This document shows, one piece after another, positions 20,501 through 34,015 of a DNA stretch of 64,000 bases. The translations under genes were made by a program, and so were the position numbers. Every line of letters begins with the position of its first letter. Positions within the stretch are counted from its first letter, which is position 1. The DNA is from Trichoplax adhaerens. Taxonomy: Eukaryota; Animalia; Placozoa. Location: NCBI RefSeq assembly GCF_000150275.1, contig NW_002060945.1:5195397-5259396 (forward strand), in the 5' to 3' direction. Below the pieces are notes generated by a model, which ran no database searches, had not been told where the DNA came from, and was given only the letters and a program-made list of their open reading frames with translations.

Positions 20501-23500
20501 AGAAATGCAATGATATACAGTAGCTTTGAGCAAGGATCATTCGGTATACGACGGAAATCCGTAACCTGAAGCTTAGTAATTAGACTAAAATGTCAATATG
20601 TATATCGATAACAAACTATGATAATGATCATACAGTAAGAAACTATTGCAGTAGTAACGCTGATTTGCTTGCCAATTAAGATTTTATTGCAACCCTAAGT
20701 TTAGTTGCAAACTCAAATAGGGCTTGAAGCCTTTATGATATTGCAAATAATGTGCAATCTGCAATAAAATTAGCAAATCTGTTCAAGTCAACAAGTATAT
20801 ACGGGTATATCGAAAGTGATAAATATTTCCTTCGATAAATTAGACCGTAACATAAATAACTAAAAAGAATCACGATGACCGCTTTGCCCCGATCAGCTGC
20901 TGGTAGAAAGATTAAAATTCGTAATGATTCTCATGATAAACTCATCAAAAGAATGTCTATTCGTTTATGACGGTACTCATATTTAGAGTAACAAGCTATA
21001 ACACTGCATAACATGATATTTAAGTATCAAAAAGATAATTGATTGATTCAATGTTATTACTACATGATATGAAATTAGACAACAAAATAATACAACAACA
21101 ACCTAAACTACGAAATAAACGCGGTACTGGTAACCGTGCATACTTTCGCGTACCATCTAATAGGTTTTATCACCTAAAATTTTAAATTATCTTGTATAAT
21201 AGGACGTCAGTTATTAACATACCTAATCTTGCATCCACGTCGTTTAGATCTTGAATTTTTGAACTGAGAGATATTGTTGTAATTGATAGAGCCAGTACTT
21301 GTATTTAAAACTGAATATGTGCTGATTCCTTTCAAGTAAACATTTTGTCTTCTTGATCACATCGCGTAACAGTTAAGACAACTTCTAAATGAAAGATAAA
21401 TTGAATTTTAAATATCGGTATAGAACAACAATGAAAATGTAGGTTCAGTACAACTCATATACGCTATTCTGTAATCGAAAGTATAGAGAGGTTAGTTTAA
21501 TATAATAGTCATTAAATACGGCCAGAGACAGGTGATGTTTATAACAATTGATTCAAATTAATTTTTGATTGTTAAGAATTTGCTATATACTACATCAACA
21601 ATCGATCTTTTTATATAAGTCATCTTATCAAAACAATTTACGTTAATGCAATCATGAATTGACATCCAGTATACCACTATATTTTTTAGCCTTTGTTATA
21701 AAATAAATCCTTGTTATTAATAGATGGGATTGAGCACATTTGGAAATGAAGATTTAAATAAAATTAATATCCGTGCACTAAAACAATAGCTATTCATGCC
21801 TTAAATTTATATATGTTTAATAATATATTTATTATAAGGAATATACTGTAAAAAGTAATAATTCATCTCTAATCATTTAGTATCTCAAATCTACTCTTAG
21901 TACAACCATTAAACTATCTTGCGGAAATTTTACTTTAACACAGCACTAACTACTTCAATTCAATAATTTCATATCTTAATACTTAAAATTTGTTTAGGAA
22001 ATGGATCTATTAAAATAACCTTTAATCTGTTCTAACTCACTAGAAATACTAAGCTTAATAAACATGTAAAAAATAAATAAATAACGTGTTATATTTTAAT
22101 ATTGAAGATCCCCTATAATAGAACATTTACCTGAGGCTCCAGGCTAAGAGAAAATAACGTCACTTATCCATTCTTAAGGAACCTAACAATGCATAATATT
22201 ATTTCATGGAATACGATAGAAAATCTCTATGGCTCGTAATCGGTGAAAAGCTTTTGATTATAAAGTAACAATAAGCCCGTTTATAAAAATATTTTTTGAT
22301 TTACTCTTGCTAGTAAAGTAGGTAATGATCAAAATTCATCCACTGGCTCCATACAGCTTCACTATTTTTAAAATGACTTTTAAGAATATAGTGATAAAAA
22401 GCAATAAGCTTACAGTTACGGTATTAACCTAATTTCGCACTGATAGGTTTAAGACTTATAAAATAATAGAGAAATCCTAATTCATTCTATGATACTAATG
22501 ATTTACTAGTTCGTTATCTTGCATAACCTAATAATATTATGCAACACAGTAATATAGAGTAGGTATATACGGGAAATTATTAAGTAAAGAAATAATCAGT
22601 TTCTCGCACGGTTTACCGAGTCAATTGCTAATTTATCATTATTTTGTGTCTATTACTATACGATATATAATTCGTATAACATTACAAGGTATTAAAGCGG
22701 TAGATTTACCCAAATTTGATTTTCAAGGTTGAACATGAATTCAACTGAAGGCCGCAAGTATAATTTTGTGAAGTAGTTACTAAATTATTTGGAAGAAAAG
22801 ATGGTAACTGCAATTGAACGTACTATTTCCCAGCATGCATAGTAAATAAATCGTTAAATCCTTAGGAAAAAAATACTGACTATTATTTTAGGCATATTAT
22901 TATATATGCTTAGAGTTAGTAATGTGTTCGTTCCAAAATATTTAGAATGAAATTTTGTTACTACGTAGTACGAGTATAACAATGTACAAGGTAATTACTA
23001 CCGCAAATCCTATAACGTAATGCGACTACTAACCGAAAGCCTATAAATGTTATAGATTTCCTTTATAAACTACAATAAAGTTAAAATTTTTATTGGTTCC
23101 AAATTGTGACCATCTAAAAATGATCGTAAATAGGTAAGTCATTGAGGCACTGTAACATAAAGAAAGAAGATTGAAAACGCGATAATGCTAAAATCATAAT
23201 ATATTTGTAAATTTCGCTTATAGTAGGTACCAAGTCATGAAGCGAAGAAGTATGTACTGTATTGCTGCAGTACTTTCTTTTAATATTCACTTCTATCAAA
23301 ATATGCGACCAAAAATACTAATTGTAGGCTGACATCAGGAATTATCTTAGTGACGTAAGGGCAAATAGGCTAGAGTATACTGAATTTATATAATAACATA
23401 GAAAGTTCACGTCTACAAGTCAACTGTGTCCTCCAAGATGCTGCCAGTTTAAGAAATTCCAATTCTGAAGTTAGACTAAAATAATGTACGTATATTAGAT

Positions 23501-26500
23501 TTGAGTGCATACTATGCACACTGTACATTCTACTGCATTGAGCGTCATAGGCGCGATACTCTCAGATATTAACACAATATGCAAGTGGTACTCGCCAGTA
23601 CAGTATCTCTCACAGTCAATTTCTCGAAATAAATTAGAGCACTATCAATAGCTGACAGATTTAAAATTAAAACCAAGAACTGTTAATTTTTAGTATAATA
23701 TAAAGCATAGTGAAGATTAGCTTTCATTAATACAAATGTCTATATGTCTAACACTTAATCGTACGCACCAAAAACCGCCAATATTCATAAGCAATAATGC
23801 TTAATCTTTAACCATAGAAATATATTAATTATGAATATATAATTTATTTCTTTAAAACTACTTCGTTATGATTAAATTATTACTTAAGAAGTTGAGTAAT
23901 AAACTTTAGAATTATAGGAAATACAATAATAATTGTTGGAAATGATATCAAAAATTAAGTTTATTGACTAGCTGCTAAAAAATTTTACTATAAACTTGTA
24001 TAGTGTTAATTTTAGACTGATTTATAAACATCGCTGCATTTGGTAATTTGGCAATTTTGACAAAATTCTTCTATTATTACACCTTTCTACATAAGAAAAG
24101 GTTATAAATACTAATTTAAAAATAGTTATCTTACAAGATTTAGCGTTTAATCGATATTTAAAAATCGATATTTATTCAGTGTAGAATTCTACCTAAAATG
24201 CGTATAAATTTTGACATAAAATTAGTTATTAATGATAGTTGCCCTCTTAAGTGCTGTACATGTTTGTAATTTTTAATGTAGTTATCATCATTGATGCTCC
24301 TAAATAAGCATTGCAGAATGATATGCCGCATAATTCATGACCTACTATATAAGTTACGATGCTTTAGCATTGAACAGCTAATACAACGCTAAACGTTATA
24401 AGCAGACAAAGTAAAATAGAGATCTTTGATCAGTTCGTTACGAAATTTTGATTCGCCTGCAGAAAATCACAAGACATCATAACTTTTAGAAAATGCTTTC
24501 CAGTTTGATACAATCTGTAAAGAACAACCTTCAAACTCACTAATGCGATTCTATAACTGAATTAAAATCTATACGAACTTATCAATAAGCATTGATGATG
24601 CAATGCATTGCTTCTGTTAAATATCAGAAAGATCATAAACAGTTTGCGAATTTAAAAAGTGCAATGTGTTGCTTTAAAATGTTATTAAAAAATTGCCAAT
24701 GTTTCTATGATACTTGATAACTTAATCGTTTATTATACATACTGTACTTATTGGGAGGTAATGGACAAGTGAGCAATAAGCACTGTCTGGCTTGAGTTAA
24801 GGTGCAAGTCAGTTGTCTACTCATCTCATGCCTACCAACATGTTGCATCGCTGTAATGTAACTAGGTATGAGGATTGTAGACTATCAACCATATTTAGTA
24901 CGATTTATGGTGGCGTAACTTTCTATATTTAAATATCTTAATACATATTTAGTAGTTCATAACAATAGACTGTAGCGGAAGATTCCATGCTAGAGTAGAA
25001 ATGACCATACGCGTATGCAGTAAGGCGTCAAATTACTATTATGATTAGAGGTTAAAATAGAACTGTAATTCATATATTAGGATATGGTTAGTTCATCGTG
25101 CTCTGACTGGTAGAAATGATATCTACATAAATACTGTAGTAGTTTCCATATTGGATTAATGAGTGTCCGTTGTAAAATGTAATTACTAATAATAATCTGA
25201 ATATGTGTAAAATATGGTGGAATGTTGCTAGGTTGATTGTAGCTGCGAATGCTACGAAAAGTATATAAGTTGGTAACTTAGATTATTCTAGTAGTTCTTT
25301 TTAGAAGTCTTTAGTAGTTGTATTCGACTAGAGTAGATGTGAATACATTATCTTTGTGTAAGATCTAATAAAGTTCTAATTTTCTACAAATTTGGGATTT
25401 CCGTGATCATTTATATCACAATCGCAAACAAATCAAGCGATCATGAATATTTGAAGGTTCCTGTATAATACCGCTTTAAGATTAGCATTTTTTATTAAGG
25501 GTTATTGCTCAAGGAACATTAGATACCTCAGGTTGGCATTATAGCTATTATAGCGATTAGTAGTATTTATGATATGCCCAAATTGTAATTATAGCATGTT
25601 GGCAGTTTCTATAGAGAAGAAACAGTAGTTAAAGGTCCATAGTATGACCTCTAATGCAACACAGAATGGGGCCATAATTGACGAATTGTTTTGTGGTAGA
25701 TGAGTAGTAATTATCAAATACCCATAATACTTTGTTACAAGCGTCTCCACTAATTCATTGTTATATTAATTAGGATGAAGCACCAAAGATTGTTTCACCA
25801 TCTGTCTTGGACTTTGTTAGTTTAAAACTATTGATAGATTTTTTATCATAAATTATACTGTATTCTAGTTAATCACTAGAAAATCACAATATCACCGCTC
25901 ACACCAAATTAACAATCAAAGCATTATGTATTGCTGTTAAGTAACTTTAAACCAGTAGAAAGTATATACTATTAGACACGATCATAACTATCAGTCGTTG
26001 GATTGATTTCTTTTCAGTACAACAGAACTATATCCTCGCAATCATGAATCAGCAAGATTGCTTTCAGATGTATGCACGGAATATAGAACCAGAGTGCATA
26101 ATGCATATCGTGCCTTTACGCCACTCATCAGCATTTAAACTACAATATCGCATTTCGCGTGTCTGTATTCTGTCAAATATTGAAATTCTTACTCCGTGTT
26201 TGGTACATAAAAATTCTTTTTATCTATAGTCAGTAAGAATCAGAGGTTATACGGGTATAAAACAGGAGCCTATTATTAGAGACTTGCACTTTGCGAACAA
26301 TATGCATAATTCCAATTAACTAGTCGGACATTCTGCTCGCGATACTTCTCGTACTTGTCTACCGAGTATAATATTTTAGCATATTACCTGTAACGTGTAT
26401 TCTGTAATATTATATTTCATTGGAAAAACACTCATTTAGAGATCAAAATCAAAATCATGTCGATCGCTATGTAAAGAGGTATACACTTCACTGATATTAA

Positions 26501-27564
26501 CACTAATACGATACCATTACGTCCCTGTGTGTTCTTGTACAGTCTTTGAGGTCAGCGTATAGACTCTATCAGCATAAAACTTTAGCGTATTAATAGTAAG
26601 CTACAATTTATTGATTCTATGCTTTGAAGTATGAAGATATCAATCAACCAAATTCTATAGTAAACTGTACACGTGAGATCTTAATACGATATATAGTAAT
26701 CTTCACATAATTTTTCTAACGTATTCTATTTTGGGGATTGCTACATCAACACGGTGAGGAAACATCTTAACTTAAATATTGTGCAATTATAATTATTACA
26801 TTGACAATTATGGTACGCCTCATGCACTCAGGCAGAAATGGTCACGCTTGCCGTGTGTGCAACTATTGTATAAGGATTTGCCTACACTGTACAGCACAAC
26901 TATTTCACAGGCAGATCATACATATTACAGTACTAAACAGGTAATGATGATATCAGACGTTTCCTCATCTGAAATTTCTAGTAAAATATCTCATAGAACT
27001 TTAAAAATAGGCTATGAAGATAGGTTACAATTTGTAATTATGAATATTTTAACTAATAAATGCGGATAATCCAACAGAAGCTTTCTAGGACAGTAAAATG
27101 ACCAATTATATTATCAACGAGGGAAGAACAACTTAAAATCCGACTTTAATATCTTACTACTACTACTGTAATAGTTACTATAACGTGAATAATACACAGT
27201 GCTTAACTAATGATAATTTCCTGTACCGTCATTTAACAGTCATGATAACATTAGCAGTTATTCTAAGCTCCTTGAAATTTAAGGAATAAAGAAATGCTTC
27301 AAAATTATAGCCATACACGGTGAGAATTGTAAGATAGACCTAGTAAAGATTTTATGGATAATGATTAAGATAAGCAACACAAAAATAGATTAATTTCATC
27401 GCTTACTGAATACTTTAGTAGGTAAAATGAAACAATTATATCATAAGAGTAATATAGTCAAAACCTGGAAATGAACAGTTTTGGGTTCTGAAAATCATAG
27501 CACATGTGAATACTTACTTTGCAACATATTACGTGATGTCGAGAATATAATGAGAACTCTGCAA

Positions 27565-30500
27565 TCACGACTCCACATTATCGTCATATTCACCCAACTT
27601 TGGTTGGTTTTCGCTAAGACTAAGATCATCAAGGTTCTAAACAGAAAATGTCGATCACGATTATTAATATTATTAATTAAATAAAGAAAAACCTTCACTG
27701 GTTAAAAATCCTGATCATACCTCCAGTTCTCGCATAACTTCATCTAGGAAATCTGTCGACTCTTCTTTATAAACAACAGCAAGTTTTATAGCATTCCGAA
27801 AAACCTTATTACATACATTAAGAGAATACATAGTTTAACATATTGTAAGAGAACGTAAATATGTTTATCATTGCAATAGCTCAACTTGCCAGAAGAGCTT
27901 TTCGAGTCTAAACCACTTCAATAGGAATACGCGTATCTCTCACTATCGACAATCGTGATGTAAAAGACTACACACTTAAAATGTTATTCAAGATTTATTA
28001 CGAAATCTAACCTTGACAACATTTGTTCCATCGGAAGCAGATACAAAATAAAATGGTAAATTATGTTTTTTCACAAAATTAAACGATTTCTTCGTAATAC
28101 TGAAATCCACTGCAAATTGTGAGCATAATTATGCATTAGTAGGATATTCGAATGATAAAAATAGCTGTGAATCAATATAGTTTTACGAAATTTAATACTG
28201 ATATTCAATGTCTTCGAATCTCAATTATGTAAGAAGTTCTACAAATTTGAATTAACAATTACATCTTCTTACCATCAATCTTATTTGCAACCACCACACA
28301 TGGGATTGATGGCCTGTATTCTCGTAATTCTTTGTACCACCTACTTAAATTCTTATACGTTATTTTTCTAGTAACGTCAAAGGTCTAAAAATGGAAATCA
28401 TTCTTATAAATCATTTTTGTTTAAATCCGCTTTGTTTCTTTTAAATCCCATTATCGGTAACGGAGTTAATAGGCATAAATACGACATAGTATATCTTAAT
28501 GATCACTACATGACGTACATACACGTATACATTCTCATATCAAAATTGAAATTTTTCATTATTAAGTCAAGCCGGACACTTACAAGAATGCATGCATGGG
28601 CTTGATGATAGTAGGAAGGATGTAAACTTGCAAATCTTTCTTGGCCTGCAGTATCCCATATATCTTAGCCAGTCAAATAAAAAGAAATTAAAATAATTTT
28701 GACTTCATTCAAACAACAGTTTAATTAGACAAATAATTTCATACGAAAAAACTCGAGAATCACAAGGATATATATTTGATGACTATTTCAGCCAAATATG
28801 CCATTGAACATGATCGAAAGGACTTACCAACTCCAATAGACTTGCCATTCATTGTTGTGTTATATCGAAATAGTGTCAAGGCATAGGTAGACAGTTGCTG
28901 TGGTTTACTTTCAGATGGGTCAAGGTAAAATTCGTAGTAAAATATCACGGATAAAGTAAATTATAATAATGATCACCCATGCCATTTTATCAATTGCTAA
29001 GACGATAACCAATACTTTCATAAATAATTATAATTATTGATCGTAAAGTATTCACTATAGTTAAGCCAAATATTAAAATTGTAAACAATAGCTTTACTGT
29101 ATGTAGTTAAATGGTTACATTTTTTGCTATTTTTGTATAAATTCATAGGCTTCAAGTATATGAATTATGAAATATTTATCAACCGATATTACAGTAATAA
29201 TTTACTTAGGTCCTCTAAGATTGAATTCGAATGACATCTGCAAGTAATTTTCTTCTACTACGAGATACAGAACTATTTCACTCATACTTTGCTATAAGCT
29301 GTGCAAGGTTCTATTCATTGCTATACTTATAGAAATACTGTAATCACAAAGTATCCATGTGATCCATCAACGTTATCTAAGATTTTTTACATTTAATGAA
29401 TTAAATAAAACTATTGATTAGGAAGAAATATATATAAATATTCTCGCAATTAATCTTGTAAATTTCTTAAATCAACTTAATTTAACCCTACAACTTCATA
29501 CTTTATGAATCTTTTTTAAAAATTTTTTGCAGCATTTAAGAAGAATGCTTGTAAAAGATGGGAAGATGAGCCTATTAAAATTATCTATTCAATTTTAAAA
29601 AGATACTAATCGTCCATCAGAAATCTTTCAACTAACCTAAAGTAGATATGAAAAATAAGAGAAAGGAGACACAAGTTAGGCAAGCATCATTATTAATTAT
29701 AATTAATTATCAACGTACGACTGTCTTTACATAGAATTGAACACAATCATTACCGCATGCATTCATAATTGCACACTATTTACTCTATTATCTTTGATAT
29801 ATTGTATCTTACTCATAAATGTAGAGTAAATTTATCACCCGATTAAGATTTGACCGAATTACTTTATCACTAACTTTCTTATACAGCAAAGGTGTAATCT
29901 TAAGTTTTTGTAAATTTCGGAAGATTATTTAGATCAAGCGATTGAAATCTAGCATGTTTATTATAGTCCTATTGAGAAGTATGCTCTTAAGTGCCCAGAG
30001 TACTATGCCATTAAATAGATTTTTACGAGCTGTATTATTTAAGTTGCCATAATTTTTACTTAAATAAAAGTAAGATTTCACAGTAATTTAACTGTGATTA
30101 CTACCATAGTTGGTTATATAGTAATGCTACAAATTACTCGAGTCTTCTTCATACCCTTTGAGACTTAGACTTGGACTGTGCCGATAATTTAGTCGATATA
30201 TGGTAGACAATGTATATTCTATAAAGAATTCGTTTCAAATTAAACAAACAAATGAATGCGTATTAGCATTTGCTCATGGAGGACTAATTACTCATCATGC
30301 TTATTGCTTTATCACACATAAATACGCGTTAAGTCATAACAAACTGTATTCAGAGATTATTTGCCAATACGTACTACTTGTCACTTCCTGAATTATCATC
30401 AAACAATATACTAAACGAATTAAAGCTATAACTTAATGAGCAACTTGCAAACTTGTCATTTTCAATAATTAATTTTTAAACCAACTCGTTTATACGTCAT

Positions 30501-33002
30501 TCATTAATTGCTAGTAACCGGGAATCAGCGTACCATATAACTATATTAACCACAAAATTAATGGCATAATATGTACAGTAGCAAGATTCAATAACTTGGG
30601 CTACACTCTGAATATTCTAACTTCTTTGGAAATTGGTTATAAAATTAACGGTAAGTACACAAATTTATCTACAGATTCATTTTTCATATTACAGTATACT
30701 GTATACTTTTCACTCTACAACGGCTAATGGAATAGGTCTACAGTAGACGCCGTTCACTATTTTGCATGGTATATTACTTAACTGCACCCTATTCTGATGC
30801 CTGTATGTAAAATGTATAAAATACCGATAAAATATGGGTTTACTGTTCTTATTAATTCCAAACGTCACAAAGATATACTCTACCATATTATACTACAATG
30901 AAAAGACCAATAGAAAGTAAGTAAATCGAAATTTGAAATCATCCAGGTAGCATAAACATGACAGTATTTGCAACACATAGAAGACTATTTATAAATCAAT
31001 TAAATTAAACTATTAAATGTAAGAGTAACCGGCAATACACCGTAAATCGATATTTATCGTGGGTAGCAGTACAGTAAACTGACAAGTTTCTTATCATTAG
31101 CTTTGGTATATAGTTTCTAATTTAAAGTTATTCTCAGTTTGTTTTATAAATTACAATTTACATTTACGCAAAAAACACAATAGATCAACCAGAAACAACT
31201 ACTTGAAACTGTCTCAGCCTCCCAGCCATATTAACGCTTCGCGGCCGAGTGAGTGGGTGCTTCACATGGCAGTGATACATATACATTTATACGGTATTTA
31301 TATTTATAACTTAAAAATTATCTAACACAAAATGTTAAAAGTTTCGAAACCAACCGCATTTGAGATATATCCAGTAAGTTCGGTAAGTACCGAAACATTT
31401 ATTACCGGTATTCATTCTCATATGTATTCACTGTCACCACATAAATCACTGACTCAATCAACTGCACCTTATGAGGGTAGCAAACATCCCCGCCGGAATC
31501 CCTTATATTTATACTATATGTAAAATATTATCATGGTCTACTAGATGTAATTTAGTAGTCCATAATATACTGTATATATATAATAACATTCTCTTTTTGT
31601 GTTGCATTATACCCGATTGCCCGTACATCCACAATGTCAAGAGAGATTGTAGAAATTCCTCCTTTTTGTATATTGTTGATGATTAATCTTATTATAATTG
31701 TTACTAGCTTAATTAACCCGCACCAATAGGAGAATTAAATATTCAAGATAACACAGTATAATTTATATATGTTCATATGTAATGTATAAATTGTATAGCT
31801 TTGGCCTCGGTCGTATATTTTGTAAACTGCATACTGTATAATGGGTATGTAAAGTTTTTAGAGGCTGTGTATTTGTTAATACAAAAAAGTGGTAGTCTCG
31901 CAATCATAGAGGATAGAGCTAGTACGCGATATAATTAGCGCCTGTAGTTTATAACTACGAGTGATTCAATACTTTAGTTGCTCGTTTTATACAGTACTAC
32001 TTTCTGGTAATATCGTTCTCCATAAGTTACAAGCAAATCATTTAAAAGCTAGCTCTTCTTGGATACTGTAACAATCGGATCAGCCTAACAATCAACAAAT
32101 GAGACATTGCAGTACAGTATTTCGTATTACACATACAAGTATGTACGTTCGCTATGAATTGTTTACGTTTACTTAGGAATTCAATACATAATTTTGCATA
32201 TATTACTGCCAAACACATCAATACTGTACAGAATAGATGATAATCAAATCGATGAGGATAATGTAATTAGCTCATATATCGTTACACTGAAGGTAACTTA
32301 ATACCCAAGTTATCGGTGATAAAACATGCTAACGTTATCAATTTGCAGTTAATTAATATACTGTACATAGACAGTTCTATAGTATCTCTTCAGCTACTGA
32401 CATTGGAACCAGAGTTTTATCCTTTAAATAAATAAATTAATTAATTATATAGCAAATGGTATTTTGATGGATGCTTGCTCTTGTAAAGTATACAGTACTG
32501 TACTGAGACTCTGAGAGTACAGTACTGTAGCTGTTTACAGAACTTTTTAAATTTTAAAACGATCGAACTGATCACAACGCAGCGATAAGTAAATGTTAAA
32601 TGTTAATATTGATCCAGTCAGTACTCGCTCTTGGTCTCGAAAGTTCCTAAGTACAGGAACCTTAGAGATGAATGACAAGGATACACTTGAAGATTGATCA
32701 CTAATTATAATTATAGTAATCGGCCATAATGAAGTACAGTACTGGCTGCACTATGTACAGTATGATACTATTACATAAATACTTCACTACGCCGCTCTTG
32801 GTATGTGTTTTACATCGTTATATGTACTATGCACACGATAATAGATATTAACGTGAAATGTTTCCTTTATCTGTTGAAATGTCACTTACTTTGATTTGCC
32901 AACTGCACTGTCTCCAAGGCAAATAATTTTAATTTTGGCGGTTGTAGAATCGTCATCGTTGTCGTAATCGAAGTCCTCGTGTATCTCTTCAGAAGCCGCC
33001 AT
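27565..33002 (-). CDS. RABL2: Rab-like GTPase 2 (ciliary/IFT-associated), 8 exons
   Basis: Exons 32890-33002, 29607-29636, 28828-28907, 28584-28663, 28273-28384, 28012-28109, 27721-27804, 27565-27636. Protein: [37 protein letters not shown]...[25 protein letters not shown]...ANKID...[12 protein letters not shown]; acidic tail with no prenylation Cys, as expected for RABL2. Mostly missed by the ORF track. Confidence 0.95.
28908..29606 (-). other. U12-type (minor spliceosome) GT-AG intron, RABL2 intron 2
   Basis: 5' splice site GTATCTTTT; branch-site match TTACCTTGAC with the branch A (28920) 12 nt from the 3' end; 3' end CCATCTGAAAG with no polypyrimidine tract. Confidence 0.8.
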
Positions 33003-33764
33003 TTTCGATTTGCTCTGCTGACTTTTTTAGCTGCATCCAATGAACGCTGTGCCGTATCGTATCGTGTACTGTACAGCCATGGGCTACTAAAGATACAGTA
33101 CAGTACAGTACTGTACATCTCAGTACGGTTAGTACTGTACTGTACTGTACTGTACGTGAGTGCCATTGGAGTACAGTACAGTACTGTACTGTACAATCCA
33201 TCTCTATTTTACTTCAGCACAGTACAGTACATTGTACGTATGATACAATGTACAGTATAGCACCTTCACTGGTGCATGCTACAGTGCATTACTAGTGATT
33301 AGTAAAAGGTACAGTCTACAGTATAACAACAGTCTGAGTTCTAGAGATCGATAGTCTGTAACAAGGTACTGTACACAGACGTACTGTACAGTACAGACAA
33401 TACGGTACTACTGTATAGTTCCTGGTACTGTAGTACTGTACAGTACTGTACTGTACAATGAACATGTTGACGCGTTTTAAATTTTTCACTTACTGAACTG
33501 TACAGTACTGTACTGTACAGTACAGTACAGTACTGTACACTACTGAGTGTAATACTGTAGGTGTACTGTACAGTACAGTACTGTACTACTGTACAACACA
33601 ATGACATCAGTAAAGTACTGTAATGTGAATAATTTTCAAATAATTAATTAATTACAAGCTTTTTCGAGATTTTTAGCTTTAAGTTGTGTTAAACAATTTT
33701 ACCATAACATTAAACATTATATTACCAACAACGGCGACTGTACTGCAGCCTGGAAAGTAATGGC
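33003..33764. promoter_or_regulatory. Putative bidirectional promoter region RABL2/CCDC112
   Basis: Head-to-head start codons ~760 bp apart. Confidence 0.65.
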
Positions 33765-34015
33765 ATGGCAGATGACGAAGATCTCGTAAATATTCACCAT
33801 ACTAATTCGACAGTTTAGAATATTATTATACTGTACAGTATACTGTATATAATCGTTTAAAGCTTACTGTACTGTATACTGTACAACATAGTATGTCAAG
33901 GTTCTTTAAACCTTAATAAAGTGAAGATTCTCCGTTTCTATCTAGTGTACAGTACAGTCTGGTATACAATAATAACACTATCATAAATAACAGTACTGTA
34001 CAGTACAGTACAGTG
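33060..34015. repeat. TACAG/CTGTA tracts between divergent RABL2 and CCDC112 and in CCDC112 intron 1
   Basis: Blocks ~33060-33260, 33360-33620 and 33830-34015. Confidence 0.92.

Noticed and set aside
20691-20698. AACCCTAA as a telomerase template
   Set aside because: An 8-mer expected by chance; no pseudoknot or H/ACA domain follows.
20875-20970. 31-aa smORF MTALPRSAAGRKIK...
   Set aside because: No homology, signal peptide or supporting context; within chance expectation.
17500-27500. Gap as a GAS5/UHG-like snoRNA host gene
   Set aside because: Almost no properly spaced TGATGA...CTGA pairs on either strand.
31209-31275. Resemblance of GCACCCACU...CCGCGAAG to human telomerase RNA CR4/5 or RNase P RNA
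   Set aside because: No proper P6.1 stem-loop, no template or pseudoknot upstream, and no RNase P CR-I/CR-V pairing.
31242-31351. Pol III A-box-like (GGCCGAGTGAG) and B-box-like (GTTTCGAAACC) pair as a tRNA or SINE
   Set aside because: Acceptor and T stems do not pair; no cloverleaf.
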